64,000 bases of DNA from Candidatus Poribacteria bacterium. GTDB taxonomy: Bacteria > Poribacteria > WGA-4E > WGA-3G. The notes beneath the pieces were generated by a model. That model had not been told where the DNA came from. It ran no database searches and saw only the letters and a list, made by a program, of their open reading frames with translations. The DNA lies in contig OZ242029.1 in assembly GCA_965205015.1 (NCBI GenBank), positions 1,088,001 through 1,152,000 on the forward strand, in the 5' to 3' direction. Position numbers and translations under genes: made by a program. This document shows, in pieces, positions 9,228 to 19,500 of the stretch. How positions within the stretch are numbered: position 1 is the first letter of the stretch; each line of letters starts with the position of its first letter.

Positions 9228-12200
9228 ATGTCAAAATTTTTAGAAGGACTGAATCCATCACAACGAGAAGCTGTTACACATACAATAGGTCCCCTCTTAA
9301 TTATCGCCGGCCCTGGCTCAGGTAAAACGCGAACGGTTGTTCATTCTATCGCTTATGCTATAGAAAACGGTGTGATGCCTGAACAGATTTTGGCATTTAG
9401 TTTCACTGTGAAAGCGAGTGAAGAGTTGCGAGATCGGGTGAAAGAGAATGTAGGAGAGGAAAAAGGATCTCTCGTTAACATATCTACATTCCATAGTTTC
9501 TGCCGACAGGTTTTGAGAGAAGATATTGATAAACTTGGTAGAGGCTACGCACGGAATTTTAGAGCATTAGAGGAAAATAATCAGAGAAAAATTGTTAAAA
9601 ATTTAGCGCGCATTAATGAACAGCGGGTCCGCGCCGAGATTGAACATATACAATCTTATAAATTTCCTAACCCTGAAGAGGTTCTTAATTTTATTAAAAA
9701 GTGCAAAGCGAGAGAAATCAGTCCATCTGATGCTGGACCTCACGCCCACGAGTTCCACAGGTCAGAGGACTATATAAAGATTTATGAAAGTTATGAGCAA
9801 TTTCTTAAAACTAAGGGGTGGATTGATTACGAAAACCAGCAGCTTTTTACCGAGGAACTTTTTAGAAGTGTCCCTGAAGTTAAAACCAAATGGCAAAATA
9901 GGTTTGCGCTTATTTTCGTTGATGAATACCAAGACACCGATCCTATTCAATATCGGATTGTAAAAGCTCTGGCAGAATCTCATCAGAATTTGCGTGTTGT
10001 TGGGGATGATGACCAGGGAATTTACGGTTGGCGGGGAGCTGATATCCAGAACATATTAAACTTTGAGAAAAACTATCCAAACGCCAAGGTAATTTCGCTC
10101 GGGCAAAATTATCGTTCAACACAAAAGATAGTTGAGATATCTCATGCTTTGGCAGAATTTAATCCAGATCGGCGAGATAAGGACCTGTTCACGCGGAACT
10201 TTGAAGGCGAGAAAGTAAAATATCTCCACTGTGACAATGATGAGGAAGAGGCTGCTACTATCGCCTCTTTTATCCAGCGGTCTATTGATCAAGGCAATTG
10301 GCGGCCAAGCGATTTTGCAGTGCTGTACCGTACGAATAAACAAGCATACGCTTTGAAAACAGCACTTAGTGATTTAGATATCTCCATCATGACAATTCAT
10401 AAATCTAAAGGGTTAGAATTTCCGAATGTATTTGTTACAGGAATATGCCGAGACTTGTTACCACATTATCACAATCGCGACGAAAAGAACTGGGGTGAGG
10501 AATTGCGGCTCCTTTACGTCGCAATGACTCGCGCGAAAAATTGGTTATGTCTATCTTCCTATGAAGAAGAAGGGAAATTCCAGCATAAGCGTGGACGGTC
10601 TCCTTTTTTGGAACGTGGTTATATTCCTTCCCGTCTCCTTGAATCTGTAGAGACACTTGAAAGCGTGATGATTCCTCCGAGTCCTCCCGAAATGACTGTT
10701 CCGGTAACTACCAGAGAAACAGCAGAATATATTGAACCTCTCCCTGAGAAACTACTTGGGGATGGTATGACTGTCCTGGGGATAGATCCTGGTATCCAAA
10801 ATGTGGGTTGGTCAATCACTAAAAAATCACCAGTTGGCTACACTGTTCTTAGATCTGGCACCCAGATTACCACTGGATGGCAAAATACCCTTGTACAAAC
10901 AGAACGCACAATCAATAAACTGATAACTTTATATCATCCCGATGCAATTGCAGTTGAAAAACTTGAGGGGGCTACAGAGGAGTGGTTCCGTTACGTCGCA
11001 GGATGTGTAGCCACCATAAGAAATATTTCCGATCAACACAAAATTGAATGCCAACTCTATACGCCGCAGCATGTTAAATACATCGCTACGAACAACAGAA
11101 ACGCATGTAAGTTGGATGTCCAGAAGGGGGTCATGCGAATATGTAACCTCCAGCAAATTCCAGAACCGCACCATTCTGCGGATGCAATTGCGACAAGCCT
11201 CTGTTACCTCAGGAATTACCTGAACTCTTCCCGTTTTGAAGGCAACAAACGAAAACAGGAACACTATGAGGTGGGTTGTGGTTACTTGGATAAGAAGCAC
11301 TATGAAGCAGCGATTGATACATTCAAGGAGACAATAAACATAGATCCTGTTTATACGCAGGCATACTATGGATTGGGGCGAGCGTACCTTGCACAAAATG
11401 ATTTGGATGGAGCGGAAACTTCAGCTGCAACAGCCCTAAGGCTTGCGGAAAATAATCATCCTGATTCGCAAAAACTTTTGGACGCTATAGAACGGTACCA
11501 CTCTGGTTGCAATTTCTTGAACAATAGCGAATGGAACATGGCGATTGATAAATTCCAAGAATCTATAAACTTAGGACCCACTTTTACTGAAGCACACTGT
11601 GGACTTAGTAGGGCATACTTGGAGGTAGGTAATCTTGAAGCAGCCAAAAACGCAACCGAAGAAGCCTTAAGACTCAGAGATGATTATCTACCTGCTCGGG
11701 AACTTTTGAATGATGTAAAAATGAGATCCTACTACAAAGGCAGAACTTACTTTCACAGTGAGGAATACAATCAAGCAATTCCTGAATTTCAAAGGGCAGT
11801 GAAAATTGGACCAGACTTTAAAGAGGCACATCGCTATCTTGGTGAGGTTTACCTTAAACTAGGAGATCTTGAAACCGCAGAAAAAGAAGCAAGAGAGGCT
11901 TTGAGAGTTGACGCTACCTATGAACGCGCCAGTGTACTGTTAAGAGAAATAAAGCAAAAACATAAAGAGCACGGCGATGACTATAGGAAGAAAAAAATGT
12001 TCACCCAAGCACTAAAATCCTACCAACAAGCACTACGTATTGACAATAAATACAAAGAAGCCTATCACAATCTCGGCATCCTTTATCGAAGGATGAAAAA
12101 ATACGACAAAGCAATAGAGGCTTACCAGAAGGCAATAGACATCGATGAAAGATCTCACGTAACCTATAGCGATTTCAGTTTCGTTTACCGCGAAATTGGT

Positions 12201-13199
12201 GAGCCCGCGAAGGCAGTGGACTTACTAAAGCGTGCAATCGCAACCAAACCAGATTACCAAAGGGCATACTACAACCTTGCTGAAACTTACTTTGAAATGA
12301 AAAATTTACAAGCCGCAAGTGAAACACTTCTTGAGTCTTTAAGGCTTGATGCCGACGACCAAGACACTCTTAAACTACTAAAGAATATACAGAATGTCTA
12401 TTTAAAACAAGGACGCAATTACTTTAGACAGAATAACCTTGAGGCAGCAGAAATTTCTGTGAAGGCAGCCTTAAGGCTTGGTTCTGACTATCAACGCGTG
12501 CGTAGACTTTGGAATGATATAAAATCAGGTTACTACAAACAAGGTCTCGCTTGCATAGAAAACGGCATGTATGCTGCAGCCATAGGCCTTCTCCAGAAAG
12601 CAGTAAAAATGGATCCGAGGTTTAAAGAAGCACACTACTCACTTAGTGAAACTTACTTTAAGATGGGAGATTTTGAAACTGCCGAAGAAAAAGTAAGACA
12701 GACATTATGGATTGATCCAAACTATGAACTGGCATCCTGCCTTTTGATATCTATAAAAGAAGAATATTACAAGCGTGGTTTGACATCCCTTGAACAGAAT
12801 GAATGGAAGGCAGCAGAAAAATTCGCGAAAGAAATATTGAGAATTGATCCAAACTATGAACCAGCATATAGACTCTTAAAGCAAGCGTGTTACGAACTGG
12901 GCCTCGCCCATTTACAAAAGGGAGCACATTCCAAAGCTATAAGTCCACTTCGGAAAGCAAAGGATATTGATCCAAATTGTGAAAGAACGCGCTACTCCCT
13001 TGGATTTGCCTACTTCAAATTGGACAGGTTAGAAGAGGCAAAACTGGAGATCAAAGGCGCATTATCCATTCAACCCAATTATTCTAAAGCCCGTGAACTT
13101 CTGTCAGAGATAAATGATCCCCGTAATTGGTTGAAATTAGGCAGGGCGAAGGTGCAACGATGGACGCGTCGGATAATAAACCATATCGGGTTCAGTTAA
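9228..13199 (+). CDS. UvrD/PcrA-like SF1 helicase fused to a RuvC-like nuclease and a TPR array
   Basis: LNPSQREAV, AGPGSGKT, VDEYQD, VGDDDQGIYGWRGA, NYRST, TIHKSKGLEF, ELRLLYVAMTRAK; then VLGIDPG...AVE...HSADAIA (RuvC); then ~600 aa of TPR-like repeats. Start placed at the ATG just after the IS982 end. Confidence 0.9.
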   Translation: MSKFLEGLNPSQREAVTHTIGPLLIIAGPGSGKTRTVVHSIAYAIENGVMPEQILAFSFTVKASEELRDRVKENVGEEKGSLVNISTFHSFCRQVLREDIDKLGRGYARNFRALEENNQRKIVKNLARINEQRVRAEIEHIQSYKFPNPEEVLNFIKKCKAREISPSDAGPHAHEFHRSEDYIKIYESYEQFLKTKGWIDYENQQLFTEELFRSVPEVKTKWQNRFALIFVDEYQDTDPIQYRIVKALAESHQNLRVVGDDDQGIYGWRGADIQNILNFEKNYPNAKVISLGQNYRSTQKIVEISHALAEFNPDRRDKDLFTRNFEGEKVKYLHCDNDEEEAATIASFIQRSIDQGNWRPSDFAVLYRTNKQAYALKTALSDLDISIMTIHKSKGLEFPNVFVTGICRDLLPHYHNRDEKNWGEELRLLYVAMTRAKNWLCLSSYEEEGKFQHKRGRSPFLERGYIPSRLLESVETLESVMIPPSPPEMTVPVTTRETAEYIEPLPEKLLGDGMTVLGIDPGIQNVGWSITKKSPVGYTVLRSGTQITTGWQNTLVQTERTINKLITLYHPDAIAVEKLEGATEEWFRYVAGCVATIRNISDQHKIECQLYTPQHVKYIATNNRNACKLDVQKGVMRICNLQQIPEPHHSADAIATSLCYLRNYLNSSRFEGNKRKQEHYEVGCGYLDKKHYEAAIDTFKETINIDPVYTQAYYGLGRAYLAQNDLDGAETSAATALRLAENNHPDSQKLLDAIERYHSGCNFLNNSEWNMAIDKFQESINLGPTFTEAHCGLSRAYLEVGNLEAAKNATEEALRLRDDYLPARELLNDVKMRSYYKGRTYFHSEEYNQAIPEFQRAVKIGPDFKEAHRYLGEVYLKLGDLETAEKEAREALRVDATYERASVLLREIKQKHKEHGDDYRKKKMFTQALKSYQQALRIDNKYKEAYHNLGILYRRMKKYDKAIEAYQKAIDIDERSHVTYSDFSFVYREIGEPAKAVDLLKRAIATKPDYQRAYYNLAETYFEMKNLQAASETLLESLRLDADDQDTLKLLKNIQNVYLKQGRNYFRQNNLEAAEISVKAALRLGSDYQRVRRLWNDIKSGYYKQGLACIENGMYAAAIGLLQKAVKMDPRFKEAHYSLSETYFKMGDFETAEEKVRQTLWIDPNYELASCLLISIKEEYYKRGLTSLEQNEWKAAEKFAKEILRIDPNYEPAYRLLKQACYELGLAHLQKGAHSKAISPLRKAKDIDPNCERTRYSLGFAYFKLDRLEEAKLEIKGALSIQPNYSKARELLSEINDPRNWLKLGRAKVQRWTRRIINHIGFS

Positions 13200-13425
13200 T
13201 CCTTTGGAACTTGCGAATCAACTTCCCCGCACGCTGATTCAGCAGACAGCAGCAGTTTCTCACAATTGGGATGCTAATTCGCAATCCAACCATAAAGGAA
13301 TAGTTGTGCATAAAAGTCCGTTTAGGTATTTTCATGATGAGGCAGAATTGTTTGACTACGTAAGAGATCATACCTCTACTATTTTTGGTGAGGAAAATGA
13401 CCACAGGGGCGTGATTTTGAAGGGG

Positions 13426-14252
13426 TGTACTGCCTACGGTTTTTTAGACCACTCCCTAAAACAAGATTGTGCTACAATACAATCTCACTGGTGCGTTTCA
13501 ACGAATAATGATGGAATGTAAGTTCAATTCTTACTCGGTAAACCCAACATCCGTATATCTCACTCTAATGGCGTTGCTGGAAACGCTAACGTGGGAATCA
13601 AGAGGAAATGGCGCACTCCCAAGAACATAGGCAAAACTAAAGAGAGCAATCCCTTTAGTGTTCGGAATTGGAGCGTCCGACAGAACTCACATGGGTAAGC
13701 GAAAGTCGAATGCCTGAAAAATCCCGTCATGTCGAATACAATAGTCTTGAGCGGAAACGCAACAGTTGTAGTGCTATAAGGTGTAGCCACAAGTTACTAC
13801 ATCAATTGTGGAAATGCGGAGCATTCCCCCACAAACTGGAATAAATAGCACAAGGCACAATCTGTGTCCATCGGGACATAGGGTAACCCTAAATGAGTTG
13901 CGAAGTCTCTATACAGGAAGTTAGACAGAACCTAAACGGACTCAAGTAGTCCGATAGGTTGAGGAGATTAGGTAGTCTCGTGTGAGACGAGCATAATCAG
14001 GTTTACTGCTTTGAAATACTTACAGACCTCGTATCTCAATGGAGAAAATCACGCTTGCGTGTCTCCTTTGGATGTCATAAGTAAAGAAAAGTGGTCTATA
14101 TGACCTAACGTGTATAACACCACAGTAAACTGGAAGGTTTCATGTGCGGTGAAAGTCGCACGCACGGTTTGGAAGGGGAACCGTAGAGGGGCGACCCTCT
14201 ACGGCTACCTTAACTTTGCTAATTTTGTGTCCAAATTAATATTGGCACTTCA
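13426..14252 (+). mobile_element. Non-autonomous IS3-family shell (IRL and IRR only) enclosing the intron
   Basis: Left end TGTACTGCCTACGG...TTAGACCAC is similar to the IS3 remnant end at 27418. Right end GTGTCCAAATTAATATTGGCACTTCA reverse-complements to TGAAGTGCCAATATTAATTTGGACAC, giving TG...CA termini. Confidence 0.6.
13491..14214 (+). ncRNA. ORF-less group II intron (IIB-like) with degenerate domain V
   Basis: 5' GTGCG; DIV closing stem GTTTACTG (14001-14008)/CAGTAAAC (14123-14130); DV TGCGGTGAAAGTCGCACGCACGGTTTGG; DVI stem CCGTAGAGGG-GCGA-CCCTCTACGG with bulged A; 3' AAC. Confidence 0.8.
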
Positions 14253-14304
14253 GTTGCGTGGATATGCAAACGGAGACTCAGGTCTCAGAAATTCCAATCA
14301 TAAA

Positions 14305-14919
14305 ATGAATAACCAACTTTTTCCAGAAGATCGATATGAAATAGAAGATATTCCAATACGAGACGGAATGTTATGTCTCTACCCATACCTTTTCTCGCCG
14401 GAAGAACGAGAAACCTTTTTTGCCCAACTCAGAGATCAGGTGGATTGGCAGCAAGAGGAAATCAAATTGTATGGCAGATCCATTCCGTTACCTCGTTTAA
14501 CCGCATGGTTTGGCGATGAAGGGAAAACCTATATGTATTCAGGCATAAACGTTGTGCCTGAACCGTGGACTCCAACTTTGTTAAAAATCAAAGACAGAAT
14601 AGAGGAGGTTTCAGAAATAACATTCAACAGCGTCTTACTTAACTACTACCGAAATGAACGTGACAGTGTGTCTTGGCACAGCGATGACGAACCCGAACTG
14701 GGCAAAAACCCGACGATTGGCTCGGTAAGTTTCGGGGATGTCAGGACCTTTCAACTCAAACACAAAACGGACACATCGCTAAAGATCAGCAGAGACCTGC
14801 CGGATGGCAGTTATCTCCAAATGGCTGGGAGTACCCAACACCATTGGCTACACCAGATACCAAAGCGGACCCGAAAAATAGGTTCGAGGATCAATTTAAC
14901 GTTCAGAGTCATATTATAG
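14305..14919 (+). CDS. alkB: AlkB-family 2OG-Fe(II) dioxygenase (ALKBH2/3-like)
   Basis: PRLTAWFGD, FNSVLLNYYRNERDSVSWHSDDE, HQIPK and RINLTFR. Confidence 0.9.
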   Translation: MNNQLFPEDRYEIEDIPIRDGMLCLYPYLFSPEERETFFAQLRDQVDWQQEEIKLYGRSIPLPRLTAWFGDEGKTYMYSGINVVPEPWTPTLLKIKDRIEEVSEITFNSVLLNYYRNERDSVSWHSDDEPELGKNPTIGSVSFGDVRTFQLKHKTDTSLKISRDLPDGSYLQMAGSTQHHWLHQIPKRTRKIGSRINLTFRVIL

Positions 14920-14951
14920 ACGCGCGGATGTTCCTTAAGGAAATCTAAAGT

Positions 14952-16388
14952 ATGATAGACCCAATTGTGATTGTCTATAGCAGCATTGTCGCTCTTATTA
15001 TCGGAGGACTTATAGGTGGGTTTCTCTATAAATCCATGTCTCGTCAACAGGACATAATATATACTACCCTTGAATTAGAAGAAGAACGCCACCGTCGCAA
15101 GGAACTTGAAAGTGCTTTATTGCAGGCCCGGCAGGAAGTCGCACAGCTCTCTCGCGAAAACAAACACATTTCCGGCACATTGACGCAAACCTCGCAACGA
15201 AACGAGCAATTCTCTAATACGTTGACACAAGAGAACCACGCCATTGCTTTAGAAAAAGAACGCGAGAATCGCGATAAAGTGGAAAACGCCCTACAGCAGA
15301 CACAGCAAGAAATCAAAAAAGAACGCGAGAACCGCGAGAGACTGGAACGTGCCGTTCGCCAGACACAACAGAAAGTAGAACAGCTCTCTCGCGAAAAAGA
15401 ACAACTCTTCGGTGCATTGACACAAGAGAGCCGGTATCGCGAGACCGTTGAAAGAAAATTGGCATTTTCCGGTACCTCTGGCTATCCTATCCTTCTCAAC
15501 GAGTTGTATGCCGCAAAACATCTAAAAACCGACATCCAAAAACGCGACTATCTTCAAGAGTTGCAAGGGGCTGCCGGGGCGTTATGGCATGAGTATCAAG
15601 GCACAGATATTTCGCCAGACTACTCAAGAATGGACTATCAAGAAGCATATCTGCTCTGCTACTTTTTGCCATATTCTCAACCTGTCCCTTACCTGCTCAA
15701 CCAGTTGGTTCTCAGGAAAGAGTTCCCCTATCAACTTCCCGAAACAGGCGTATTAACTGCCACCTTCTTTGGATGCGGGCCGGGGCCAGAGCTACTGGGT
15801 CTCATGCGTTATCTGCGATCCTTTCAAGCGTCCCTGTGTATTTCCGCTGCCTTGTTGGACAGGGAGACTTGGGCACATAGCAGACGTATTGTGTTTCAGC
15901 ATTTATTAGATCGCGCGTGGGATCCAGAGAACTACGATATCCAGGAATTCAAGACAGACATCGCAGGAAGCTCAGAAGTTTTTTTACCTGCCGATTCAGA
16001 AGAATGGGTAAAAAGGTCGGAGTTAATCGTCATTCAAAACTGCCTTAATGAAAGACGGAATGCCACGTCCGAACGGTCAATAGAGAACCTGAAGTGCCTT
16101 GTAGAGAAAATGAAAACTGGAGCGGTGATGCTAATCATTGAGCGTGGTACGTATGTTAGAAAATTACTGGGCGAATTCCGCTACATATTGCAAGAAGAAT
16201 TCAGGGGTCGCATACACGTTAGCAGCAAAATAGAGGGTGTTGAAAAAATTACACCAATCCTTGAGGTGATTCCTGAAGAACTGGAAGTTAATTTCTTGAG
16301 GGAATTGCAGGCCAACGCCATCAACTCCGTGGAATTTACGTGGATCGCCATCTCCAAGATGCCGTCAGGAACTGAGTCCCCTGTCTAA
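14952..16388 (+). CDS. TM-anchored coiled-coil protein with a C-terminal SAM-dependent methyltransferase-like domain
   Basis: N-terminal TM; repetitive coiled coil (EKERENR repeats); YQEAYLLCYF, FFGCGPGPELLG, LIVIQNCLNE and GAVMLIIE motifs. Confidence 0.7.
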   Translation: MIDPIVIVYSSIVALIIGGLIGGFLYKSMSRQQDIIYTTLELEEERHRRKELESALLQARQEVAQLSRENKHISGTLTQTSQRNEQFSNTLTQENHAIALEKERENRDKVENALQQTQQEIKKERENRERLERAVRQTQQKVEQLSREKEQLFGALTQESRYRETVERKLAFSGTSGYPILLNELYAAKHLKTDIQKRDYLQELQGAAGALWHEYQGTDISPDYSRMDYQEAYLLCYFLPYSQPVPYLLNQLVLRKEFPYQLPETGVLTATFFGCGPGPELLGLMRYLRSFQASLCISAALLDRETWAHSRRIVFQHLLDRAWDPENYDIQEFKTDIAGSSEVFLPADSEEWVKRSELIVIQNCLNERRNATSERSIENLKCLVEKMKTGAVMLIIERGTYVRKLLGEFRYILQEEFRGRIHVSSKIEGVEKITPILEVIPEELEVNFLRELQANAINSVEFTWIAISKMPSGTESPV

Positions 16389-16500
16389 ATCAAGAGTGCG
16401 ATATAATACGCAGTATTTGGGGAGAGGACCTCTGTTGAATTTAAACAATATTACTTGTCTGAACTTTACCGATGTTGACGATACAAACGAAAAAGGAAAT

Positions 16501-19500
16501 ATGAATATGCACCAGAATCCTTTGTCAGAGTTTGAGCTAGGTCAGATTGTTTTCTTGAAAGCCGATCCCTCTACTCGGGGGGCTGTTGTAGCGATCCTGC
16601 CGGGTACCCCTGAGAACCGAATTAACGTTTTTGTTGATGGAAATGTTCATACTTTTTATCCATCTCAGTTGCAACTTGAGGTTCAAGATAGTTCTCGTGT
16701 CTTTTCATGTGATGACTTTCATGCTTACCTAACGGCACTCCAAATTCGGTACCCCGGTTTATCAACCTTATATTCGCTCAATGCAGCGCGGGTTGACTTT
16801 ATCCCCTATCAATACCGACCCGTTCTGAAATTCATCAAAGCGGACTTACCAAGGCTGCTCATTGCCGATAGTGTTGGTGTTGGTAAAACGATTGAGGCTG
16901 GTCTGATCTTACGCGAACTACAAGCACGTAGCAATATTGAATCTGTTCTCATTATATGCCCGCGTCCCTTGGTGGCTGAGCAAAAGTGGCAGCGGGAGAT
17001 GAAACGATTTGACGAAAATTTTGAACATTTGGACGGAGATAAGTTGCGATATTGTATCAATGAGATGCACCTTGACGGTGAGTGGCCAGAACAATACCAG
17101 AAGGTGATTCTCCCGTATTCATTATTGAATAACACACTCCTTTTCGGTCCAGGAGGGGGTCGTAAACGAAAGCGTGGCAAAGGGCTTTTAGACCTGGACC
17201 CACCGCCGCGCTTTGATCTGGTCATCGTTGACGAAGCGCACCATATCCGAAATCAGGGGACAGCCAACCACGAAGCAGTCCGGTTTTTCTGTGAAAATGC
17301 GGAAGCAGCGATATTTCTTACAGCAACCCCTATTCAGCTCGGCAGCCACGACCTATTTGTCCTGCTTAATGTTCTCCGCCCAGATCTGATTCTGGATGAG
17401 GAGAGTTTCAATCACATGGCGGAGCCAAATCACTTCATTAATCAAGCGGTTAACGCTGCACGGGCACAAGAGAGCGATTGGAAGCAGATCGCAAAGGAAG
17501 CTTTTGACCAAGCAGGTGCAACCGACTGGGGGCAATCAATTCTCAAGGCTAATCCTGAATTCAAGCGAATTAGAAATCAGCTTGCTGGGAGGCGTATTAC
17601 CCCTGAAGATCGCGTCCAACTCATCACCGATATAGAGGCACTCCACACATTTTCAGGAATAATCAATAGAACCCGCCGTCGCGATATCGGTGAGTTTACT
17701 ATTCGCAAATCACAGACCGTACCGGTGAAATTGACGACAGAGCAGGATGAACTTCATGAAGCACTCCTTGAAACGCAAGCGGAAATATTCCGCAGCTTAC
17801 ACGGCAATCAGAGTGTTAACTTTATGATGACAACGCTCCGTCGACAGTTGGCAAGTTGTTTGCATGGGCTCGAACCCCTCCTTGAGGATATTTTGAACCG
17901 CCGCCTTGACGAACTTGAATGGACGGAAGCTGATGCGATTGAGGCAATTCCCTCATCGGAATTAGTTACACATATCCGAGAACATGTGCAAGTGCTTCTT
18001 GAGAGAGCGAAGAATCTTGATTCAGAAGACTTGAAACTGGAAGCACTTCGGACAATTGTTCGTGATCGGCAAAACCTTCCGAATAACAAGGTTATGATTT
18101 TCAGCAGCTTCCGTCACACACTTTTCTATCTGCACGCACACCTAATGCGCGACGGATTTCGCGTTGGATTGATTCATGGGGGCACCCCGGACGAGGAACG
18201 CCTTGACCTCCGGAATCGGTTTGAAAAACCCCGTTCAGACCCCGACAGTCTTGACTTGATGCTCTTTTCGGAGGTCGGCTGTGAAGGGTTGGACTACCAG
18301 TTCTGTGACTGCATCGTTAACTACGATCTGCCGTGGAACCCAATGAAGGTTGAACAACGTATTGGTCGTATTGATAGGAGGGGACAAAAGAGCGAGAGCG
18401 TTAGCATTATCAACCTGATTACACCCGGAACCGTTGATGCAGATATTTATGAACGGTGTCTCCTTCGTATCGGGGTGTTTGAGAGCGCGTTAGGTGGAAA
18501 CGAGGAAATCCTGAGTGAAATCACAACGGAATTACAAGACATCGTCCAGAATCACGGGTTGACTCCAGCACAACGGAGAACCCAATTGGAAGTGTTAGCT
18601 GATAGCAAAATCGGATTGGTGTTGGAACAGGAAAAACTTGAGGCACAGCAATTAGACCTGTTTGGACTGCGCTTTCCTGAGGATAAGATGGAGAGAGAGG
18701 TCGAGGAAGCGTCGAGTTTCTGGTTATCTTCGGACTCAATACAGCGGCTCGTCACGCGTTATCTTCACCAAAAAATCGGGACAGCGCAAGAATTCATCCT
18801 CGGTGAAAAACCCCTTAAAACCCTTCGACTTTCTGAGGAAGCGCGGAATACCTTATTGGGTGATTTTCAGCAGTTCCCTCGGGAAAGGACACGTGTCTAT
18901 CGTGACTGGGAAAAATGGTTAAAAGGATCGGAGCAGCATTTATCTATAACCTTTGAGGCTGACTGTGCCACAGGGAATCCTGACGTTGTATTTATCATGC
19001 CGACCCACCCATTCGTGAAACAGGCAGCAGCGGTGTTAAACACAGACCAAGAAGTCGTTACAGCACTGAAGGTCAGAACCAACAAGGTGCCTCCGGGACG
19101 TTATGAGTTTGCTATTTACCAATGGCGCTTTCTTGGGATTCGGGAACATTTAGTCCTAAAACCGATTGCTTTATCAGAGGCGTTGGGGCCGCATCTTAAC
19201 GACCTACTTGAAAGGGCAGAAGATGGTGATACACAGGGAAGCCAAACCCCAATCCAGAAAGAAGCGTTAGAAAAAACGCACCAGCACCTATGGGCTGAAG
19301 CACGGGACAAACATCAGGAACGCATACAGGCGTTAGCAGATTACCGTAAAGAGAGTTTGTCAACTAGTCATCAAAAACGGGTAATGCTACTTGAAGATAA
19401 GATTGCACAAGCAACCGATCCAAGAATTCAACTGATGCGACAGAGCGAACTTGACAACGCTGAGTCTGATTACCGGCGGCGTATCCAAGTGTTTAACGAG

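Noticed and set aside
10767-11215. RuvC as a Cas9/Cas12/TnpB/IscB nuclease guided by the nearby RNA
   Set aside because: The domain is contiguous and resolvase-like, with no split RuvC, bridge helix or Zn finger. No evidence links it to the intron RNA.
13204-13521. 105-aa ORF
   Set aside because: TTG start without SD, and the 3' third runs through the IS end and intron 5' end. At best a truncated remnant.
14110-14304. N-terminal extension of AlkB
   Set aside because: It is a translation of intron domains V-VI and the IS3-like right end.
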